64,000 bases of DNA from the human T2T-CHM13v2.0 reference genome, Homo sapiens. Location: the NCBI RefSeq assembly GCF_009914755.1, contig NC_060931.1, one strand, 5' to 3'. The position numbers were made by a program, and so were the translations under genes. A model generated the notes under the pieces. That model was given only the letters and a program-made list of their open reading frames with translations, ran no database searches and was not told where the DNA came from. Below, in pieces: positions 50,795 through 64,000 of this stretch; positions within the stretch are counted from its first letter, which is position 1; each line of letters starts with the position of its first letter.

Positions 50795-51912
50795 TTTTTA
50801 AAAAAGTTTTTAAACTGACACGTAATAATTGTACATATTTATGGCGTATACAGTAATTTTTCCATACATGTAATGTATAGTGATCAGATGATGGTAATTA
50901 GCATCTCCATCATTTCAAACATGTATCATTTCTTTGTGTTGGAGACATTCAGTATCCTCCTTGATATAGTTTGGATATTTGTCCTCTCCAAATCTTATGT
51001 TAAAATGTGACCCCCAGTGTTGGGTGGGGGTCTGGTAGGAAGTGTTTGGGTCGTGGGGGAGGATCCTTCGTGAATGACTTGGTACCCTGCCCATGGTAAT
51101 GAGTTGCCACAAGATCTGGTTGTTAAAAAAGGTCTGGGACCCCCACCACTACCTCTCTTGCTCCCCCTCTCTTGTTCCCTCTCTCGCCATGTGATATGCT
51201 GTTGCCATCATTGTAAGCTCCCCGAGGCCTCACCAGAAGCCAAGCAGATGCTGGTGTCATGCTTGTACAGCCTGCGGAACTGTGAGCCAAATAAACCACT
51301 TTCCTTTATAGATTACGCAGCCTTGGGTATTTCTTTATAGCAATGCAAAATGGGCTAACACATTCCTTCTAGCTATTTGAAACTTTATATTAACTATAAT
51401 TTTCCTACAGTGTTATAGAACACTAGTCTTATTTCTCCTATCTTTAATTTTGTATCCTCTAATGTCTCCCCCATCCTTCTCTTCTCCCTGCCCTTCCTAG
51501 ACTCTAATATCCTCTGTTTTACTTTTTACTTTCATGAAATCAACTTTTTTTAGTTTCCATATAGGATTGAGAACATAAGGTGTTTACTTTTCTGTTCCTG
51601 ACTCATTTTACTTAATATCCTCCAGTTCCATCTGTGTTGTTGCCAATGACAGGAGTTCATTCTTTTTCATGGCAGAATAATGTTCCATGGTGTTTTTACA
51701 GCATATCTTCATCTATTCATCTGTTGTTAGACAACTAGGTTGATTTCATATCTTGGCTATTATGAATTGTGTTACAGTAAACATGGAGGTGCAGATGTCT
51801 CTTTGATATATTGATTTCCTTTCATTTGGATTAATGCCCAGTAGTAAGATTCCTGGATCATATGGTAGTTCTATTTGTAGTTTTTTGAGAAACCTCCATA
51901 CTGTTCTCCATA
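50795..51912 (-). mobile_element. L1MA 3' end split by an MST LTR
   Basis: taataattgtacatatttatgg...gagaaacctccatactgttctccata. Confidence 0.8.
50962..51362 (+). mobile_element. MSTB-like MaLR solo LTR
   Basis: tgatatagtttggatatttgtcc...gggctaacaca; TSD ctcct/ttcct. Confidence 0.88.
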
Positions 51913-52057
51913 AATATACTTTTGTTGAAACCTCAGAGCTTCATATTTAATTCATTCTATTTGTAAGTATCTTACATATTACCTAATTGGCAAAAACAGT
52001 CCCCATTATTATAAGCCAAATCAGAAAAAAAAAAATTCTTAAAACATTCAAATATAT

Positions 52058-52122
52058 CCGAGATCGTGCCACTGGACTCCAGCCTGGGTGACAGAGCGAG
52101 ACTGTCTCAAAAAAAAAAAAAA
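52058..52122 (+). mobile_element. Very short 5'-truncated Alu (3' end plus poly-A)
   Basis: ccgagatcgtgccactggactccagcctgggtgacagagcgagactgtctc(a)n. Confidence 0.88.
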
Positions 52123-53054
52123 TCTAATATACATGTTACTGCGGGTCTCGGTGACAACCATTTCTGAAGTATAATTCTTAAATAAATAGAAAGAGAAGGA
52201 AGAACTTTCATGAAATCTTGCCGAGTTTGTCTTCTAGATGAAATGAAACATCATTCTCTTAATGTTTCTTAATATTTCTTACCGAGATGCATTGCCCTTT
52301 TTATATTTCTTACCTATTGCCCCTTTTGCTTTTTTCTCAAGGCCCATCTTTTAGGAGCTAGTACTTTTCAAACTGTACCCTTATTATTACTTGCCATATG
52401 GCCCTCTCCTCTGGGTTTTTAATCTGGAACCCTGCACCATAGTAAGATTTAGGATGAGTGGTGTTTGGAGTTACAGTGACCACACTATTGAATACAATGT
52501 TTGTAGATGGGGTTGAATTATAAAACAAGGGGTTAGTCCCAGAAGGAGCTCCCAATAGATCAGGCACCCAAGTGGCAAGATTTCGTGAAAGTTCTTCCTT
52601 TAGCACCTCAAGCACTAAAACTGCAAGGTACACTGAATTGCTGAGAACATCAACTGGAGTAAAAGAAATCTTAAATGTTTCTCTTAAAAAGATCTAAAGT
52701 GGCTAAGTGGCTATCACCAGTGCCTGGCAATATTGATGCTCACTAAATGTTAAATAAATCCCCAAGGACTGTTGATGAGCTAGATGCCTAAAAGAAAGGC
52801 ATGACAAGGAAATATTGGGCTACACCAGCAGAGGATAGTGTAGTCAACAGGGACTCTACAATGACTGTCACCAGGAGATGAGATGAGATGGTAGAGATGG
52901 GATATTGCCATAAGAGCAAAGGGACCTGGGTGGCAGAGGTCAGTGCAGCTGGCTAACTGAGTACTACTCTGGAACATGCTGAAGATTTTTTATCCTGTGA
53001 ATGAAATATTGAAAAAATAGACTGTTGTTATTATATCTAATGAACATTTCCAAA

Positions 53055-53275
53055 TTTTTTTTTGAGACAGAGTCTCACTCTGTCTCCCAGCCTAGAGTAC
53101 AGTGGTGTGATCTCGGCTCACTGCAGCCTTGACCTCCCAAGCTCAGGTGCTCCTCCCACCTCAGCCTCACAAGTAGCTGGGATTACAGGTGCAAGCCAGC
53201 ATTCCTGGCATTTTTTTGTATTTTTGTATTTGTATTTTTTGTAAAGACATGGGATTTTGCCATATTGCCCAGGCC
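53055..53275 (-). mobile_element. AluJ, partial
   Basis: gagacagagtctcactctg...tattgcccaggc. Confidence 0.9.
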
Positions 53276-53452
53276 ATGAATCTTTCTAACTTTTAATAAA
53301 ACTTCACTCAAACTTTGTAAGCAATGTTTTTGCAAGACAGGTCATTAATAACAGAACGTTTCTATCAACACAAACACTGATAGCAAGGTGATTTTTCTAA
53401 GGTTCTCCATGGATTTCAAATCAAATGATTGACTTTAATTTATCAAATGGTT

Positions 53453-54220
<768 letters not shown>

Positions 54221-55749
54221 TGATATCAACTTGGTTCTTCACATTCCAGGCAAATGTAACATAAATATATATGAATACACACACATACATACACTACTTC
54301 TCATCTGCCTACCTTTCAACTGGATGCACAAATTATCTTCTCCATTTCATCATTTTTCAAACAGTTCCCCAACATGGTCCTGTAGGGCAAAATCAGGAGA
54401 GCATTAAGACTGGGTAAAGATGGGGGTTAAGTGTCTGCTTTGGGTTGAAGTATAACAGTATGATAGTAAATGATACCCTGAATCCTGAATCATTCCTGAA
54501 GTCTCTTTTGTTTTGAGATACCAGCGTTATTTTTCTTTAGCATTTGTGAGAATAATGAGCTGACTCCATTTGTGACATAAAAGGAGAAAAACTAAGCAAA
54601 TGCTGCAAGAGAGGTATTTAATCAATAGATTCACAAAAACCAACATTATAATAAAGCTGTACAAATATTTAGCTAAATTGCAAAACTGTTATGATTGTTC
54701 CCTGCATGCAACTTGGCATTATAACAAACCACAAGAAAAACCATGTCTTTGTGAACAAATGAACATCAAATGAGTAAGACTATACAAGGTTATCTGCTAG
54801 CTCTAACACAATTGTTTACTTGAATTTTTCATGAAGTCTGTTTAATTAAATATGCTTGATATCTTGGGTTGCCTATCATCTTTTTTTTAGGGCTGTGAAT
54901 GTTTCATATTTGATAGCTATGTACAGCATGTTAAGCTCTTCTGAAAATAAGGCTTGGAAGAGTATTTTGACTGCTTATGAATGATTGATTTTATTGTGAG
55001 TACTGTGAGACCATTTGACAAATGTTCTTCTGTCCAGTCACCTTTATCTCCTAAACTATTTTAAAGGAATAAATGGGACCTCCACAAACTGTGGGATCAC
55101 AAAAGCCTAGTAACTTAATAATATATATTGAATGTAATTTACTGTATATACTGATATAGGGCTTAGAAGGACAGAGAAAAAAGTTATATAGAATGTTTCT
55201 GTTCTAACAGCAATATGATGATTTCGAAAGTCAAGAAATAATTATTCTGCTGCTTTTTTTTTTTTTTTTAGCTTTTCCTTATCATTATGTACATAGCCAC
55301 AGTAAACCTAGGAAGTCTATTACCCTCACTGTGATCAATTTTTCATTTGGAACCCTGGTTACTTGTATCATGTTGAGCCAATCACTTTCTTTTCTTTGTT
55401 CTTTCACTTGGCTTTTAATTGATATATGCTACCATGCAACATATATTTTTAAGTTTTTGTTTGTTTGTTTGTTCTTGAAAGCTTAAATTATTCTTAAAAC
55501 AAGATGGGGCATATAAACTTACATGTGTATGAAGCATGAGAATCTTACCATTTCTCTTTTCCGGTTCCCTTACAGCCAGTTATATTTTGTTAGAATTTTC
55601 TAAAACTTACTCAGTAAATACCAATTTGGGCATATTGGCTTTGTGCACATTAATGCCTTATATATTTCATTCAGTTTCTTTACAAAATAAATATTGAGAA
55701 TCTACCATGCTTACTCATTTAGCATCCTGAAGGATGGAAACAAGTATAA

Positions 55750-56042
55750 TTTTTTCTTTTCTTTTGAGATGGAGTCTCACTCTGTCACCCAGGCTGCAGT
55801 GCAGTGGAGCGATTTCGGCTCACTGCAACCCCCGCTTCCCGAGTTCAAGCGATTCTCATGCCTTAGCCTCCCAAGTCAAATAGCTGGGACCAGGCAAGTG
55901 CCAACATGAGCAGCTCATTTTTGTATTTCTGGTAGAGACAGGGTTTTGCCATGTTGGCAGGTCTCGAACTGACCTCAGGTGATCCACCTGCTTTGGCCTC
56001 CCAGAGTGCTGGGATCACAGGCGTGAGCCACCGTGCCTGGCC
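55750..56042 (-). mobile_element. AluS
   Basis: Full dimer; TSD acaagtat(a/g)at. Confidence 0.93.
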
Positions 56043-57569
56043 TACAAGTATGATATTTTAAAATGTGGTTAGGAAGAGAGATTATATAATAAAAAGTCAC
56101 TAATCTATATTAAATAAACAATTAGGGTTGCAGACAATGCTATAAGAATACAAAGGGTAATCAGTGGTTGCTCAATTAATCAAGAAACTTTATTTTTCTT
56201 ATTGAACTTCAGACTAATAATATCATTTTAATTGTCATTATTTTTTAATTTTTTTAATTATAAAAACATAACTCTTTTTCACCTTCCACTATCTGACCAA
56301 GGATAATTGTCATAATTATTAAGTTCAATAAATTTCTGAGTCATTGGCCTAGTATTGAAGTATAATTTTCAAAAAATGTTAAAGTAATTTTCACACAAAT
56401 ATAGATATTTGTCATAGATATATTGTCATTAACAAGGGAGCCAGTAAGATGATAAAGCTCCTTCAAAGACCATTTTGAGAAACTGTTTACTTTCAGGCAT
56501 TTTGGAGGCCAGGGGTGGTTAAGTGGGATGTTAAATACAAACTGCTCAATGTCCTACAGGACAGTTAAACCATATCCTTTGTAGATGCCATTTCTATCAA
56601 ATAAAAATCTATAAGTTAGCATGTTATTCACAGTACCTGGACTCTAATCAGATAGTAATATAGCAAAGTTAGTCACAGGTACATTCACTTTATAAAATAA
56701 TCCCTGGGTGGGCCTTATATACAACATTCTATATTATATTGGATAGTCATACTGTTTCATCCCGATTTCCAAGTTTTGGATAATTTTTTTAACACTAGTT
56801 TACCCTCTTGGTTGCTATGAGTAAATCACACAATTGCTTGACCTCATTTTTCTTGCTATTAAAAGAAATTCAAGATTTATTTTTCTCACAATGGGGTTAA
56901 TGAACTAATGTGCAAATCATCTTGAAAAGGTAACATACTTTTTAATTACTAATTATTACTGCTGTCCCACTCAATATTCTTCAAGAAATATTTACATTTT
57001 ATATAGGATTGTTTATCTTTTTTCTGGTATGTTTCTAGACGTTAGGATCTGGCTCCTATTTGAATTGTAGGTACTTTTGTACATTCTGATTCATGGTAGG
57101 CATCAAATAAATGTTTGCTGAATAAATGTCTGATCTTTGTTAATAAGGAGTACATGGTGTTCAAACCCACCTACTCATGACTTTTTAAAAATTATGACCA
57201 TGAATGCAAGGGTTTTCCTCCTTAAATGATCATCTGTGTTCTTTATTCCTAGGCCTTCTTTGTAAAAAACACTAAGTTAGCCCTGAGATGTATTTTCAAT
57301 TTAGGAGTCACACATATCTTTGGTGGTAAAGTGGGGTGTTAACTCTTTTTTATTAAAAGCCTTTTAATATATTTTATTCATCAAATGTAAATAATTATCA
57401 ATCCACCTATATTTTTCATTAGCCATTTATGGCAACTAGGGAGTAAATACCTTTCACAATTAAGAATCAAATTATTAATCTTTTAGTTCTCAAGTATGTC
57501 TAAATTGATGAAGCTGACTGAAGAATGTAAGCTTAGAGAAGCCATCTCTTGAACAACATTTAGACCTAA

Positions 57570-58857
<1,288 letters not shown>

Positions 58858-59713
58858 CAGCAACTGGAAGCTTAATAAAAATGTAGCACCCCAGACCTCA
58901 CTCCAGCCCTACTAGATCAGAATCAACTTTTTTATTTTAATGCCAGTAGATTCATCATGTACATTGACGTTTGAGAAGTATTGGTCTAGCTCCTAGATTA
59001 TGTTATACTACTAGTCCATGGACAATACTCCTGAATAACAGGGTCAGAGAAAAGAGCAGAAGGCCATGAGTCAACAGTCTTATGTCTGGATATGATTCTG
59101 CGATTGTACATTGTATTATCTTGGAGAAGTAACTTAATACACGTAAGCCTCAGTTTTCTCATTTGTAAAATATGGAGGTCAAATTTTATTAGTTTTAAGA
59201 TCCTTTCTAGTCTTTCTCTATGAAAGCATTAACATCTTTTTTTCTGATTTATTCACTTGAATTTAAAACAACAAAAATAACTCTGTAGACCTTCATAGCT
59301 GTGGTTGTTTTTTAATTCAAATATCATTAAGACTGTTTATGTGACATAAGTTGTATAATATTTTCACTGTTGCTAGAGATGGCATTACATAAATAAAAAG
59401 AAAAGGCACTGAGCCAGGACCGAGTTTAAATTTTGGTTGTGCCCCTTGCTGGGTTTAAAAGATGACACATGATTAACTTTCAGAGATACGTATGAACTTC
59501 ATAAAACTTAAAATCTGACAGGCATGGGCCTTACAAATCCCAAATGCCTATATGTCTGATTCCTACAAAATGTTAACATTCTCCCACTGATAAGATATAG
59601 GAATAGGTGCAATAAAAATTCATTTTATAATAATCATTTTATGGATACCAGATATAAAAAGAAAGGCAAAAACATGTTGTAGAAAATGATACTGAAGGCA
59701 AACCCAGGATGTA

Positions 59714-60091
59714 TGTCTTAGACAGCTCATGCTGCCATAACAAAATACCACAGACTAGGTGGCCTAAACAATAGAAATTTATTTCTCACAGTTCTGGAAG
59801 TTGGGAAGTTCAAGATCAGGATGCCAGAATGGCCTGGTTCTGATGAAGGCCCTCCTCCTGGCTTGCAGACAGCCTGCCTTTTGCTATATCTTTGCAGGAT
59901 GGAGAGAGGATGCTCTAGTGTCTCTTCCTCTTCCTTTAAGGGAACTAATCATATCATGGTGGCATTACCTGCATGATCTCATCTAAACCTAATTACCTCC
60001 CAAAGCCTCCACCTCGTAATACTATCAATTGGGGGTTACAGCTTCAACATATGAATGAATCTGAGGGAGACACAAGCATGCAGTCCATGCA
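59714..60091 (-). mobile_element. MLT1A0-like MaLR LTR
   Basis: gctgccataacaaaataccacagactaggtggcctaaacaatagaaatttatttctcacagttctgg. Confidence 0.85.
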
Positions 60092-60350
60092 GTGGGTATT
60101 TAAACCCAATCCTCAGAACTTGGGCAAAGGATGAGAGAAGGAGGGCCATGCGTATTCCTCTGAGTTTTCTTTGATGTCTGAAAGTACAGAAAATGTTGTA
60201 TGCTTTCAAAGTTAGCAGGCTGCTGTGATACATTTCAATGACAGATTTTTCATTTAGTTCATTTGGTGTGACTTCTGGGAATATGCATTTTTATCAGTCA
60301 TTCCAACTGATTCTGACTCAATCTTTGGACTACACTTTGAGAAACACTGA

Positions 60351-60486
60351 GGCCAAGTGTGGTGGCTCACACCTATAATTCTACTACTTTGGGAGATCAA
60401 GGTGGGAGGATCACTTGAACCCAGGAGTTCAAGACCAGCCTAAGCAATATAGCGAGACCTCATCTCTATTTTTAAAAATAAAAAAT
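60351..60486 (+). mobile_element. FLAM_C / Alu left monomer
   Basis: ggccaagtgtggtggctcacacc...gagacctcatctcta. Confidence 0.85.
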
Positions 60487-60690
60487 AATTTTTTTTTTAA
60501 AACAAGGGAGAAACACTGGATTAGACAATCTGTGAGGTCATTTAAATATCTAAAATGTTGATTATAAAAGTCTAGGAATTCATTAGAATTCCATCTGATT
60601 TACATGTCTACTAGTGCATATTATCAAAGAAAAACAGCACTACCTGTGAGTTATCATGATTATGTGAGGAAGATTAATATATAACATTTA

Positions 60691-61147
<457 letters not shown>

Positions 61148-62149
61148 TTAAAAACTAAAATAAGATCTCTTTTTATTCTTTGTTCAGCACAATAAATTTA
61201 TTTTGCCCAGGGAAGAATAGGTATGAAATATTAATAGATCCTTGTTTTTATACTTTCCCCTTTTTTTCTTATTTTTCTTATTTATTCATGTATTGTCTGG
61301 GATAATAAAAATACAACTTCACCTAATTCCTGCATGACTAGTATCCCTGGTAAATATTCATGTGTACTTTTTATACTAGTCATTATTTTTTCTTACATTT
61401 TTAAATTCAATTTTATAAAGTAGTCTCGGCACAGTGTAAGTAGTTTAGTTCAAATTGCTTCTAATTAGAGTATGAGCCTCATTTGCTTTCTTATAATGCC
61501 CTTGAGCTGTTCAGTTCCATTAGTGTTTTAAAAGAATGGGCCACCATAGAGGAAAAAATCAGAGCATCTGACTTCTATAATCTTGTACAGTCTGTAAAGC
61601 TACTTTGCTTCTCAAATAAGAAGAGCTTTTTTGTTTATTTGTATTTCATTCCACTTTTCTGGGAATATGTACCAACCATTAATAATTTACAAGACACATA
61701 GGCTGGATCAATATAGACCAATATGTACTCAGTGATGTCTTCCTTTTGCTCTGCTTCTTAATACAACAAGAAATAAGATTTCTTGGAGTAGTTGCCACCT
61801 CTATTATCAAGAGCTCTTGGCCAATTTCCAGGTCAAGGCCTATTAAATGAAACTTCTGAGAAGCCAAACAATTTAAATACCCTGGAGTTAAATTAAGAAG
61901 CTCTATTCAAGTAGGCATCAGCAAAGGTGATAGTACTTCCACAATTCTATTAACAATTTATGAATTCTCAGCAAATGTTGATGAGTTAATTCAATCACCA
62001 TGGTTAAAACAAACGGTGCTTAGATTCTGCTAGTTTTTCTTCTTCACAAAATTTAATTTGCCTTTTTTTAATGAAAGATATTAAGGAGAAAAAAAGGACT
62101 TTGGAATTTAATTGGGCTGGTTGGCATCCCAGGCTCACTATTAATAGCT

Positions 62150-62325
62150 TTAGGGAGATTATGTAACCTCTCTGAGAATCTGTTTTGTTGTTTTGTTTTC
62201 CACAAAGTGGTAAAATACAGTGTAACTCATAGAAGTATTGCAGAAATTGACATGAGAGCCAATGTAACATACTTAGTACAGTGCCCAGCATCTGCATTAT
62301 CCTTAATAAATGGTAGTTATTATTT
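62150..62325 (+). mobile_element. MIR relic
   Basis: taacctctctgag...cttagtacagtgcccagca...aataaatggtagttatt. Confidence 0.6.
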
Positions 62326-62580
62326 AGCAGGAAGCCAACTAGTGATGTTGGTGAACCTACATGCCTTTCGTTCCTCACTCCCTCCTTATCCCTTTTATTG
62401 TTTCTCTCCAAATTACAGCAGGTGCTTCCATATCATCTCATTCCCCCGATACCCAGGGCACTACCACTTCCATACCTATCCCAGGTATCTGATAACCACG
62501 TGACCTGGGGTCCAGTATTTCCACATTTCCTGGCCTTGCTCTTCCTGTTGGGTAATATTTTCTTAGAATGTCCTGATTCT

Positions 62581-62803
62581 GGCCGGGCACGGTGGCTCAC
62601 GCCTATAATCCCAACACTTTGGGAGGCCGAGGTGGGCAGATCACGAGGTCAGGAGATAGAGACCATCCTGGCTAACACGATGAAACCCCGTCCCTACTAA
62701 AACTACAAATATTAGCCAGGGCTGGTGGCACGCGCCTGTAGTCCCAGCTACTCAGGAGGCTGAGGCAGGAGAATCACTTGAACCCGGGAAGCGGAGGTTG
62801 CAG
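62581..62803 (+). mobile_element. AluY/Sc-like lacking its 3' ~55 nt
   Basis: gagaccatcctggctaacacg; stops at ggttgcagt. Confidence 0.9.
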
Positions 62804-62820
62804 TAATAATAAAATAATAG

Positions 62821-63179
<359 letters not shown>

Positions 63180-63240
63180 TTAGTCACGAGTAAAACATAG
63201 TAATATAAATGCACTGGTTTATAAGAAGATGGTTGGATCC

Positions 63241-63632
63241 TGATATGGTTTGGATCTGTGTCCCTACCAAATCTCATGTTGAAATGTAATCCCCAGTGTT
63301 GGAGGTGGGACCTGGTGGGAGGTGTTTGAGCAGGTCCCTCATGGCTTGGTGCTGTCCTAGCAATAGTGAGTGACTACTCATGAGATCTGGTTGTTGTAAA
63401 GTGTGGCACATACCCCGCCTCCCCCTCCTTGCTCCCACTCTTGCCATGTGAGATGCCTGCCACACTTCGCCTTCTGCTGTGATTGTAAGCTTCCTGAGGC
63501 CTTACCAGAAGCAGTTGCCAGCACTATGCTACCTGTACAGCCTGCAGAACCATCTGCCAATTAAACCTCTTTTCTTATAAATTCGTCAGCCTCATGTATT
63601 TCTTTATAACAATGCAAGAACATGCTAACACA
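63241..63632 (+). mobile_element. MSTA/B MaLR solo LTR
   Basis: tgatatggtttggatctgtgtccctaccaaatctcatgttg...gctaacaca. Confidence 0.9.
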
Positions 63633-64000
63633 AGTCAAAATTATATACCTGACAAAATGAAATAAAACAAATATTAAGATTTTTTTTCTTCTAACAGGTA
63701 ATCTTATGAAGCCTTTGAACCAAATTTTGGGTGAAGAAATTTGAGTCAGTTACTAATATACTGGATTGGACAATGCATCGTTAACTATGAAAATGTGACT
63801 GAATTATGTGAGGAGGCTCAAAAGATAAGAATCATTCTAACAAGGTCTGTACCATATTTTCTTGCTCTCAATTCTTCATTTTTGAAGAGTGTTACCTTTC
63901 CTTTCAGTATAGGGAGGGTGCCTTTTATATGAGAGTTCCATCTTTTGCCTTTAAGAAACAGCACAAATGTCAAAGTGATTTTATTTTATATCTACTGGGT

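Noticed and set aside
52358-52633. 91-aa minus-strand ORF in non-repeat DNA
   Set aside because: No recognisable homology, non-ATG start and no convincing splice sites.
63699-63845. Possible exon after a pyrimidine tract (ttttttttcttctaacag)
   Set aside because: Stops in all three frames and a weak donor (gtctgt); unsupported without transcript data.

Overview
Primate (human-like) genomic DNA, AT-rich and mostly made of transposable-element relics: old L1M LINE scaffolds with nested L1PA, Alu, ERV LTRs (MER11, LTR22, MLT2, MER4, a complete THE1, MST/MLT1) and DNA-transposon relics (Tigger3, MER2, MER44, MER82, MER20, MADE1). I find no intact protein-coding gene. The only gene-derived sequence is a full-length processed pseudogene of ARF1 (31709-~34200). 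The most notable items are: (1) an L1PA7-like element whose 5'UTR and ORF1 start were removed precisely at the known L1 splice donor (~97) and acceptor (~976), i.e. a spliced integrated retrotransposed element (SpIRE), later hit by an LTR22 solo LTR; (2) an SVA2-type VNTR element with a short AluY fragment inside its VNTR; (3) several AT-rich repeats flanked by or built from inverted duplications; (4) a triplicated target site from two sequential Alu insertions in the ARF1 retrocopy. I cannot support a wholly new biological system here. Repeat family names come from recalled consensus sequences, not from a search, so subfamily calls and some boundaries are approximate.
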